DNA of 64,000 nucleotides from Adineta vaga (lineage: Eukaryota > Animalia > Rotifera): the NCBI GenBank assembly GCA_021613535.1, contig CP075493.1, positions 2,294,001 through 2,358,000 on the forward strand. The letters run 5' to 3'. Of the stretch, positions 52,616 to 64,000 are shown piece after piece. Both the position numbers and the translations under genes were made by a program. The notes beneath the pieces were generated by a model, which saw only the letters and a list, made by a program, of their open reading frames with translations, did not search any database and had not been told where the DNA came from. How positions within the stretch are numbered: position 1 is the stretch's first letter; each line of letters starts with the position of its first letter.

Positions 52616-55600
52616 TAGACTTCACCGTCACTCTCTCACGCAACACAAAAAAGTAGTTTACTTATTGATCTACAATAGATTAAGTGAATGATAGCTGACT
52701 TGATATTTCTTCAAAATATTCTTCTCGACCAGTTGATCTCGATAGGGAAAAGTGAGAAAAGTCGATGATTCACCGAGTATTTATACACATATGGAAAGAA
52801 TGAATAGAGAAAAAGAGAAGGCGATCGAGAACACGAACATTATATTGTTTAAAAGAGAAAGAGAGAGAGCAATATATATGTACTTGCATAAATAAATGGA
52901 CTAAACATTCTAGTCAATCGTATTGAATGATAATCGTCCAGTCGATGAAGAACAAATAACTTTTGTTCTTGTTAACTCAAATCTAAACTAGATATTTTTC
53001 TTAAATAGATCGAAATTCAAATCATTCATAGTTCTTCGGATAGTTGAGACTTTACTCGATTTCTCTTTCTTTCGTCTATTCATCAAATACGATTACGTTG
53101 GTTATAACATCATTCTAACGATATACCAATCAAATCGAATCATATAGTTCTCCAAATGCAATCTTATTAATTAAGATTATTTAATATGCGTGTTCAAAAG
53201 AAATACGAATAATAAAACACGAAATGACAAAAAAAGAGAACTAGGAAAGAAGATTAGTGACAATTTAAAACACAAAGAAGTACTATGTCAATGTCAATGT
53301 ACTCGTAATAAATTTATTGGACGATGAAAAAAAAATAAAAAAAAGTTCAATTTGGTCAATAATTATGTTTGTATTGCATTAAACTAGTCTACTACGAAAT
53401 TAGACGAAGTGTGAAGGATTTCATTTATCATCTATGATTGACGAAAGAAAACCTGATTCAATTCTCTTCTAATCAAAGAAATAAATCGAAAAAGTACGAT
53501 GTAAGTCTTCTTTTTGATAGTAACATATTCTTATGATAACAGAAATAATCAATCAAACATTGTCCTCAATATTCAATACTTAATTGCACGGCATAATTTG
53601 ATAATAATGAGCAACATTGACAAAAAAAAAGAAAACGAAATTTTATTTCTTTTCTTTTTTAAAATAACGGTAAAAATCAAATTTATTTATACATACATAT
53701 ATATATATAAAGGACATTTACTTTTAAAATTTGTATACACATACTTACAACTAACAGATGAGACGACGAATGATGAATTCTCTTTCGTAATACATGAAAC
53801 AATGAAAGACTTTATATATATATATCATGGCCATTTTAGAATGAAGAATGTCCATCATGACAAGAGAAAAGAATATTCCATTAGCAGATATTTACTTTAG
53901 TTCAAATACGAAATAGCTTACAAGTTTTTTTTGCTCTCATAAGGACAATGAGAAACAATAATATGATGTAATCAATGTGTAAGTAAAAGATAATGACCGT
54001 TACTTGAGAAGAAAAAGAGTTTGACTGTTTCAGTTTTTTTTTCTTCTCTCTCGTCTTCAGTGTCATTTATGTTGATTTGATTGAATAGTTAAATGATAGA
54101 ACAAGGACGAATTATTCTCATATTACAAAATTCAAAAAAGAAAATGTCCATGAAATATCGAGTAGAAGAACTAAGTTTTTTTTTTCTTTTAATCGAACGA
54201 ATATTTGTTCAAGATCAAGTTAAACTCATTAAAAATTTACTTGCATATTTATTTGTTTCAAAACACTGTTTTGTAGGAAGGAATCTTTCATTATCTAAGG
54301 AAAAACAAATCATACTTTATGATTATTCGACGAGTTAGTCTTTATGACCATAAATAACTTAAAAACACGCGCCCAAAAACATATCTAGGTCCGTTATATA
54401 TAGATCTTAATCTATAACATCAACGCCTACAGCTGTTCTTTTTCTGTCTTGTACTCATGAGAAAGATCAATTTTCCTAACAGTTCTATAGATGTTAACAT
54501 GACATTCATTCTTCCGTATTGATTAAAATAGTATATGTATATAGAACACAAGATATTTCTCAGGAAATACCAAATGTTTCAAAAATATTCTTAATGAATA
54601 AATAGTAAAAAGAATATTTTAGATCATTGAATCAGCTTAGTATAGAAATGATGGTGTCAGAAGTCGTAATAGATATCAAATTTATTTTATTGCATAGAAA
54701 TTTCAGTTTATATTTTAAAAATCAGAAACGTTTTTTTGTACTCACAGAATAACAACGATAAAAATTCTTTGTTGATAAAATCGAGACAATTTTCTCGTCT
54801 TAATCAATTATATCTATATGAATAATTTGATCGCTTCTTTTCCTTCTAAATAAAAAACATGAAAGAGAAGTTATTTATATAATTTTGATGAATTCTATTA
54901 CGCCAGATATATATATATATATATATTCTTTCTCCATTGAGATTACATTGGCGTTTGCACCTACGTTTTCTATTCATTACTTTAATCAAGAATTAAATAA
55001 TGTTGCTTTTCTTTCTCCTCTATTAAAAAAAGACGCATTTTAACTGAATCAAAAACTTCTAGAGAACTGCAAGGGTTTTTTTTCATTCGATATTCTATTT
55101 ATAGACGAGAAATTTCACTCGTTTCTTTTTGTACTTTGATATATATATTGAAGATTACTTTCTTTTCCAATGATAATTAATTCTTCGGCTACACAGAATA
55201 CAACAAAGTTCAAAGGAATTTTAAAATGTAAGTGTTCCTTTTTGTTTTTCATCTTCTATTAAATGTATGCATGTCTTGTGAAAGTAAAGTACATTTTGTA
55301 GACATAGACAATTCAATGACATTCTTTCGTCATAACTGAAGTTATCTATTGAAAAAAATATATTTTAATAAGTGAAAGGTAATATTGTTTTTTTTTTTAA
55401 ATAAAGAAATAATTTCTCCTGGTTTTCGACTGATAATCATTTATATTTTACCGTCAAGAGAAAGCAAAAAGTTTTCACAGGGCGTGCACTGTTGTTTTTT
55501 TCTTTCTGCCTTTCTTCTTTTTTTTGTCGTATTTAGCAGTTTTCGCCCTTTTCAGTAGTCAACTAACGACACACCAACTTAGTCTTGACAAGTATATGCA

Positions 55601-56478
55601 GTCAGATATTTTTTGTCTAAAATATGTCATTCAAAGAGAATCAATAGACTAAATTAATCGAAAACATTTATTATCAATCGATTCTCTTTATATTTCTTTT
55701 GATCGAGAAACGATTAGTAACATCTTGTTTTTCTTTCTGCATACTATTGGTACATAAAAGCAAGAAAGTATTGATGACCTACAGTCGGTTTTTTTTTCGT
55801 CTATTCAATGAACAATAATATTGGAAATCGAATTGAAGTTATATTGATAGTTATTCCGATCAAATCATGAAAATTAAGAAAGAAAACCCATGTGAATATC
55901 TATAGAAAGATATCTTTGTTTGTTTGGTAAGCATCTTACATGTTACATCAATGTTTCTGCTGTTTTTCCTCTTTCGTCGTTATATTTGTCTTTATGTTGT
56001 CGCCCTAACGACTTTGTTTCTTTCTTTTTCTCTTTTTCTATTTTTTTTGCCTTTTCTATGTCTGCATCTTATACACATCAAACACGAGGATTGCTTTTTT
56101 TTCTATGGGTACGATTACGTGCATATATGCATAAAAGTACAGCATCACCTATCTACCTACGATGGTAAATAATATCAAGTAAGTAAAACATTTTCGACAA
56201 ACCGACAGATAAACTAATGGAGCATAAAACGTATTCGTTACTTATAAACGGATTCATATTGATCAGTTATCACATGAAAATAAATGTAATGCACTTATTT
56301 GGTAAATTTTTTTGAAGTACAAACTGCAAATACGCCTATACATTTTCTCCATTTCTTCACAAATTTACGTTGCGTCTACCTTAAGGGTATTTTTTTTCTC
56401 TTTCGTTTCTCTTTCGAAATTCTATTCAAAGAGCAATGAAGCAGTACAATTATGTTTTAGATAAATTCTATTTCTATT

Positions 56479-58450
56479 ATGAATCATACATTAAATGATT
56501 TACAGTCGAAATTCAATGATAAAGTAGATATTGATCCATTAACAAAGAAATTCAAACAATCAAGTATCTATACAAAACAATTTCAAATACACGATCCAAT
56601 ATTCAAAGTGAAAATTTACCTTTAAATATCAAACAATCATCGAGTAATTTCGCTGTGAATGTTGATAAACTTGTTCAAAATGATGTCGTAAAATTATCAA
56701 TTCTTTCTGAAGGAAATAATCAGGTATAGAACATTATTCTTGTTAAGAACAAAAATATTTCTTCGACAAAATTGTTTTTTCATAATTATGAATTTCATTT
56801 TTTATTTAAATAGTCAAAATCAAGCGTTATTCCTACTCGGAAACGACGTTATCGAAATTCACAAGAATTATCCATAATTGATTCTTCAACACTTTGTTCG
56901 TCAACCAATGTCCATGGTCAAATACGAAAGAAATCTGAACTATCATGCGTTGGTAAATTAATTTGAAAGCAAAAGTGCATTTTCCTAAAGAAAAAAGAAA
57001 ATTTAATTACTTGATGTTACAACCTGTGAGTGCGTAAATTCTAAAGGAGCAATAGGAAGGTCACGACAACAGAAACGAGAAAAAAATGTACTTAATAATA
57101 GTAGTCCACTTTATTTTTCTGCATGTTTTCCCTTATTATCGAACTTAATAATGACCATGAAAGTAAACTAAAAATAGTCTTTTGTTTTTCTTTTAAATAG
57201 TTTGTTGTGCTGTTGCACATGGATATAATTTTGATGCAATCTCATGTGAATCTTGTAAAGCATTTTTTCGACGTAATGCTTTATCTAATATGGTAATGAA
57301 TAATATTTTCTTAAAATAAAAAGTAAAAATAGAAATTCTTTAGGATCGATTGAAATGTCGTCGTGATGAAGATTGTGAGATAACACTTGAAACTCGACGA
57401 CGATGTAAATCATGTCGATTAAAGAAATGTTTCGCTGTTGGTAAGAATATATATTTGTTCTTATAGAAATGAAAATGTCATATTTCTATGAAAAGGTATG
57501 AGAAAAGAATGGATTTTAACTGAAGAAGAAAAAGAGAGTAAAAAACGTCGAATTGAAGAAAATCGACGACTTCGATTTCCAACTAATGATGAAACAACCT
57601 CAACTAAAAATGATTTCAACTTTCCAAATCTTTTCTCGAATAAAAACGAACGATCGTCAATGAAATCCCAACAAACTACTCAAAAGGATGATATCGTAGC
57701 AAATGCTGTTCTCGCTTATAATGATAGTTTTAAATCCGATATCACAAGTTATGGTTGGTCTTATCCAGTAGTTCGAAAGATTACTGCTCTTTGTCAAATA
57801 ATTAATGCTAGAAGTACAACAGCTTTACGTCTTATTAATTTCTACAAACGATTACGTGATTTTGATATTTTAACTGAAACGGATCAAGTCAATCTGGTCA
57901 AAAATAATCTTCATTGTATATTAGTCTTTCATGCTTCTCTTGTGTAAGGTTCTTGATTATTATCATGAAATTTTATTATTTATTCTATAGATATGATCCA
58001 GTTGGAGATGTTTATCATGAAGAAAATACCAATCGTAAACCAATACATGGTACCGATATTCGTGAAGTATATGGTACAGATAATTATACTCGTGTGACAA
58101 AAATCGTTCGTGCATTGAATTCAATTGGTCAACTTGATAAACGATTTATACAAGTTGCATTAGTCATCTTTCTTTTTTCTACTAGTCTATTAACTATAAA
58201 CAATTCAAGTGAATCATTAACTACAAATCATCAACAAATATTTTATATACAAAATACATATACTGAACAATTATGGTTACTTGTAGAGAGAATTTATGGA
58301 TATGTTCGAGCTGTTCATGTTTTTTCAACATTGATTAGCAAATGTTTACATATACAAGTTCTTCTTCGGGATATTCAACATGATGTTAATGGCGAGTGTG
58401 ATTCATTTCAAGAATCAGCTATTCTTCAAAGTATAATGCAATCTGTATGA
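56479..58450 (+). CDS. Nuclear receptor, NR1J group (HR96/DAF-12-like)
   Basis: Spliced DNA-binding domain CVVCCAVAHGYNFDAISCESCKAFFRRNA...C...CKSCRLKKCFAVGMRKEWIL (CESCKA P-box); LBD signature FYKRLRDFDILTETDQVNLVK. The first exon is uncertain. Confidence 0.9.
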
Positions 58451-60205
58451 ATAACATATCGAAAGATATGCCTATTTGGGTATACATATGATTAACTAGT
58501 TGATCATTATAATGATCGATTGTTTTAAAAAACTCCTTTGTTCATTAGTTTTGTCCATTTCGCGTTTGTATTTTCGTGTTTAAAAAAAAGAGATTTCATA
58601 ACAATCGATATTAATCATCTGTATCGAAAGTATCTTTATCGTCAGAGTACATATTGCAAAACCAGAATGGGATGAAAAAAAACTTTCACTGAATATTGTT
58701 TAAAACTAAAAATAAAAAGTACAAGTAGATTTAATCAGATATTTTAACTGGTAGTTTTCTTATCTTGAAAGAGAACGCAATAACCTGTTTCACCTTTGAA
58801 TACTTTTTCTTCTTAAGTACGATCTTTATCTGAATAGAAGAAAGAAAGGTATTCTAGGTTGACTTTAATCGATATCTCATTTCTTGATAACTCTTGCTTC
58901 TCTAATCAGAAGTCACGTTTTTCTGCAGATGATGACGGCAATAATTGCAGTAGGATATTCAAAATTCTAATTAATCCTTCAAGGATTGATTTGCGCAGTT
59001 GAATATTCTAAGTTTATTCGCTAACATAAGTTTCATTACTGATAAAGATATAAACACAAATCTTTGTCTCATTTAGCAACGCCAAGTTCTACTAACTCAA
59101 AAGTAAATATTTATTCATCACTGTACTTTTATAAAGAAAATAAGACTTTTATTTATTCTTATGTCGCCTTCATTGAGAATGAAGAGGACAAAAATAGTTT
59201 CAATCAAAAGAAAAAAAAAGAACATGTCAATATGCTTATAATATTATTCGACATTTTTCTTTCAAAATCAGTTCCTTTTTTATATTTATTAATAATGAAA
59301 AGTCTTAACTCAAATTTTGTTCTCAGTAGTAACAACTGTTAAATCATAATTCTATTTCATCGTATCTAACAAAGTTCTTTTGTTACAAATACAACGATTA
59401 TCTTAGTGTAAATCTTCATGATTAATAATCTATTTTTAACAATAAAATCCAACAAAATTTTTCTTTCCAGTTAAACGAATAAAGCATGAGTTAGTAAAGT
59501 TCGACTCTCTTTAATTTATACTGTCATTTCCGTTTGATTTTTCTCATTGTATTTACATGGAAACGGAACAGTGGATAGTCGTTAGAAGATGTCTAATATT
59601 CTCAATTCTACCTGATAAAAAATGCAATTAATTCTCCATATAAAAGGGAAAGATAATAAGTTTCACGCAGTATAAAAAAGCAGGAGGGCTTGGAATGGAT
59701 GATTCCGGTTTCGTACCACCCTTCCCGAACATACTGTTTTGCCGGCATGTACTCCATTCCGAACACCTTGAATTTTTTTCTTCTGTCCGAGTTCGAATTG
59801 AAGAGAATGGTACCAAACGTGAATTTCCTTGCGGAATTTACAGAATGAGTACATTTCTTATTTTAAAGAACATGAATCATTATGTTCTTTCCATAATATA
59901 CCCATCAGTTGAAAGCATATCTGACATCGAGATAGAACTAATTTTGGTAAATTAAGCATTAGACACTATGTCATTAGATAACTTATTAATACGAATAAGT
60001 CAGCAAATGAATAACCAGATGTCTATACTCAAAGAAAGTTTTATACTAGGGTAGAGAATCTGAAAATTTCAATGAGATTTATCAATACAGAGAAGAGGAA
60101 ATTTTATTTATTTCAATATAATTTTGGACAAATATGATTTGTTAATAATATAGAGATTCTTGAAAGAATTTTCGACTAGATTGGGAAAAAAAAGGAAAGT
60201 TATAT

Positions 60206-63180
60206 CTATTGCTCTTGATTGAAACGTAAGCGTTGTGCTGGTGAACCTTCATCATCATATTGCACATTACACCGAGTTGAAGCTGGAAGTATATTTATAT
60301 TGAGTTCTGCTAAACGTATTTTATTCATCACAAAAAATTGTCGTAATCGATCACCATCAAATGTTGGAACAAGTGTCACCTAAACAAATAAAACTTATCA
60401 AAAGAAAATTTTCGTATTTGAAGTTTTTTTCTAACCGGTATTTGTTCTTGTTTATCCCATTGTTGTTTTCCTTCAATAAGAGATTCCAAAGTCAAACGAT
60501 TGATTTCTACTGCATTTAATATATAATAACGTGCACGAATACGACGAAAAAATTCACTATCAACATAATGTTCATTACCATGATTGGGAATATATGCAAC
60601 ATCAACATAATAGATTGGACCAGATAGTTGTGCTTGTTTAGATTTACGTGGATGAGTAGATGAACTTGTTGGGATAGTAGATTTTTTAGTTGTCGTCTTT
60701 TTCGATTGATTTTCATCATCAATTGGTAAATGTTGAGGGTTAATTTCATCGATCGATGGCATTGGAGTTTTAGTTGATGTTGACATTGAATGATGAATAA
60801 TTTCCATATCATCAGTTTGTTCAAGAAAGGGATTTCGTGTATTAGGTGCGCCATCAACAAAACTTATAGTCATGGGATCAGTAGAAATTAAACTTGTAGC
60901 GAATTCATCGATAGGTGTTGCAGTATTACTTTCAACGAATGGTTCATCGGTATCGTTTGTAAATGAGATCGATTCAGGACGTTGTATTTCATCATTATGA
61001 TCGACATGATCTGACGCATTATTGACTTCTTTTGTTTGTTCGTTAGTATTATTATTTGAAGTACTGTCACTTGAATTTTGTTTCCTATTTTCTTTATTCA
61101 CTGTTTGAGCAGATCCTCCAGTTGTTGATACAGTACTCTAAATGATCGAAAAAGTTCGTTATGTGAAACGAAAAGATTAATTAATCTTACTTTCTTAGCT
61201 GTTGTTGTAGGTGCTGATCGCGGTTTATCAGATTTGACTAGTGTCGTTGCTGCTGGTTTTGGTCTAGTGCTGGAAGGACGAGGAAGATTCTTAGCTGATT
61301 CACCATTGGATACTAAAGGAGATGGCTTGGGTTTTTGTGTTGAATGTTTCATATTGGCACTATTATTTGTTGATATTGTTGTTTTCGCACTACTTGCTCG
61401 AGTTATTTGAGATTCGTGTAAAAATTCTAGATGACGACCTCGAGCTAATGCTTCAAAGACAAGTGTTTGAGGACATACACCAGTATATAGAATACGAACG
61501 AGAGTATCTTTGCTTGATTTTGATGTTGGTGTCCAAACAAGTAGGTTACATGATGAATACCAATGATGAAGAGGAATTATAGAAGGTGACGGTTGTTGAT
61601 CACGAATTGGAATCTAAATAGACAAAAAAAGAGAGATTATAATTTAATCATTATCATATTTTGTATAACCTTTTGTAAAGTTGCTAAAGCTTTATCATCA
61701 TCGGTTGATGATGATGTTGGATAAAGTACATAGAGATCAAGTGAACCAAATGCAATTTTTTTATAAAGATTAATTGGTTCAATACCAGATTTATTTGGTG
61801 TTGTATGTTTCACTAAATCATATGTATCAATATTTAATTGTTTGATATCATTTAACAAATGATCAATATTATGCGAAAGATTAACTAATAATTTGCTATT
61901 CGATGAAATTTTTGATGAATTTCCCGATTGAATTCGTGCACGTTGAATATGATTGAGAAATATTGCTCCGAAATCTGGTTTACATATTCGACCATCATGT
62001 AATGATGTTAATGTTTTACGATGAAGAATTGTTTGTAAACCAGATAGAACATCATAATCAAAATGTGTTAAAATACAAGCATCGACATTTTGTAAACCAC
62101 GAATCAAATTCCAGTACGATGGCATTCGACTACAGAAGAAAATGATAATTCTCTCAATGATCAACACTTATTAATTGAATATTCGATTTCAAATTGATTG
62201 AGTACATGTGGATATATTTTAGTAGTTTTTCTATATTTACCTGAATCCTCCATTGACTAACACAACAAAACCTCGAATACCAAATAGTGATGCTTCTCCT
62301 TGTTGTCCGTACAATATATAAAGATTAGGTTCATCGAATGCAACTAAAATAATTCACGAAATTTCTTATTCAATACTTTATTTTCCAATATTTACTTGTT
62401 CCTGAACTAGTTCTTGGTATTAATTTTGAATAGATATCAAAATTAATTGTATCCTTCGTTAAAATTTCAATGAATCGTTCATAAAATCCTTCTCCGAATG
62501 TATTTTCTTCATTAATTTCCTTCGATAAATCATCGATATGAATATGTTTTATTTGTTTTTGTTTTAATAATCGTATCCATTGTGGTGAACCGTATGGTAA
62601 TATAATTTGTAGATCTTGAATCACAAATGTTGAATTATCTTCAAATAAACTATGTAAATGATCCGAAGTAAATATCGAATCGGCTAAAATAATTCCGCCA
62701 TTTGAATCGATCTGTTGACCTAAAACAATTTGTTTAAGAAAAAGAAATTAATTATTTCCAGAATGAAACTAATTCTTACCACAAAAGATTAGTGAAACAT
62801 GTGAACAAGAATTGAAATAATCTTTGAGCACATTTAAAACCGTATGAAAATTTGGTAAATAAAGAAATCCAGCAGTTGAACCATTGTCTGTATTTACTAT
62901 TTGACGATATTGAGAATCTATTTAAAGGAAAAATAACTCAACGTTTGATGTAAAGAAAAGAAAATGATGATATACCTGTTTGAAATTCATTATTAGAAAT
63001 TAAATTATTAAAAAGTTCTTCGATTTGACTAAATTTATTGTAATTGATTTGTTTCAATGCTTTTTTCAAATAAACGATGATTTCATCACGTTGTTGATTT
63101 GAAATAATATCTCCGAATATTAATAAAAGACCAACAGTAGTTTGTTTCTGTTCGTTATTATCATTCATTATTGTTGCCAT
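60206..63180 (-). CDS. Microtubule-associated protein 1 / Futsch-like
   Basis: PNLYIL.G.QGEASLFGIRGF.VLVNGG, YWNLIRGLQNVDACILTH, EPINLYKKIAFGSLDLYVLYP. Light-chain domain YYVDVAYIPNHG...DSEFFRRIRARYY...LIEGKQQW...VTLVPTFD. Confidence 0.9.
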
Positions 63181-63763
63181 TTGATCAATGAACGAACCAA
63201 ATGCAAATGAAGAATCAAAAGTGACAGCTAGAACGATTATTGTCAGAAAAAAAGAATATTAAGATACGATCACTTGTTTCTCTTGTCTATTTTTTGTTCT
63301 GTTATGTTTTTTAGAAATAAATGAAAGTATTATCCTACATAGTAAAAACGTTTAGTGAGTCATAAACAATGTTTTTATTGGATAAAAAGAAGCAAACCAA
63401 TAGAGAATAGACCATGAATGTAGAGAAGAAGAAGAGATTTTAATAGTAAATTGAATTACATAAAGAATGTAAAAATCAAATCTAATTAATCGATTAGGCA
63501 AAAACTAAAAATATATTCGTGTTAAATTTGTTGATATTTAGATCGATGTCATAATTCGATAAATAAACTCAACAGATCAATTCTACGACATGTTAAATAT
63601 CGCAGTTATCAATATGTTAGTTAATCTGATCGAATATATTGAGAAACATCGTATTCATAATGTCAAATAGATTGTCATATATCAGAAATTGATTTTTGGC
63701 GCGACATCGTAGTTGCTAATGATAGATTTTTCGTTTATTAAAAAAAAGAAAATTCTAATAAAG

Positions 63764-64000
63764 ATGAAGTGTTGTGGAGCAAGTAATAAACTTCATTTAA
63801 AAGAATGTGAATTTCTCAATGCAATTGGTAAAAATGAAGAATTTTTGTAAGTTAAATTCTTTCATCTTGATCTGATTTTTCTCCTTCTTTTTGTGTACAT
63901 AAGAAATATTATTCAACAGTGTAAAAATGATGAAGGTTTAATTGATCCACAAATAGTTATTAAAGAAATGGAAAATTCTCCACATGAAAATATTAAACAG
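63764..64000 (+). CDS. 5' end of an unidentified gene, truncated by the window edge
   Basis: MKCCGASNKLHLKECEFLNAIGKNEEFL (gtaagt...aag intron) NIIQQCKNDEGLIDPQIVIKEMENSPHENIKQ stays in frame across a ~57-nt intron. Confidence 0.55.

Noticed and set aside
52700-56400. Short ORFs (53514-53900, 54093-54338, 55920-56172) in the divergent intergenic region
   Set aside because: Low-complexity F/I/K/Y-rich translations typical of AT-rich non-coding DNA.
56479-56723. Apparent frameshift in the first exon of the nuclear receptor (ATG frame stops at ~56623; donor at 56724 is in another frame)
   Set aside because: An in-frame alternative donor (aaa|gtgaaa at ~56608) or an unseen upstream exon explains it. 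It cannot be called a pseudogene without reads.
1-64000. Many 60-130 aa antisense or alternate-frame ORFs; prokaryotic features (CRISPR, IS elements, defence operons)
   Set aside because: The ORFs are shadows of real exons or intron read-through. The DNA is intron-rich eukaryotic sequence with no repeat-spacer arrays, transposase or reverse-transcriptase motifs.

Overview
AT-rich, gene-dense eukaryotic (metazoan) genomic DNA with very short GT-AG introns (mostly about 50-60 nt). The composition, intron size and gene content (TRAF-like gene, NR1J/HR96-type nuclear receptor, ankyrin and LRR genes) are most consistent with a bdelloid rotifer such as Adineta or Rotaria; this is inference. About 22 loci can be reconstructed by splicing the ORF fragments by eye: a disrupted helical pore-forming-toxin-like gene, TRAF-like, ZNF207/BuGZ, MCU, DPCD, ABAT, a tandem double NCS/recoverin EF-hand protein, an ankyrin protein, CERK, STK36/Fused, an FHA-kinase (CHK2-like), an intronless orphan, IQSEC/BRAG, MESD, an LRR membrane protein, SMIM20/phoenixin, RWDD2, MAGT1/TUSC3, a degenerate formin, an HR96-like receptor, MAP1/Futsch and a partial gene at the right edge. 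No rRNA, tRNA, CRISPR or intact transposon was seen. Best second-look items: (1) a clear minor-spliceosome (U12) AT-AC intron next to a 13-nt microexon in MAGT1/TUSC3; (2) tightly packed co-oriented clusters (stop-to-start gaps down to 47 bp) with TAG|AT acceptors just upstream of start codons, suggesting SL trans-spliced operons; (3) a tandem two-domain neuronal calcium sensor; (4) a recently pseudogenised ClyA/HBL-like gene; (5) a GC-rich structured island downstream of ZNF207. Exon boundaries were read by eye and may be off by a few bases.
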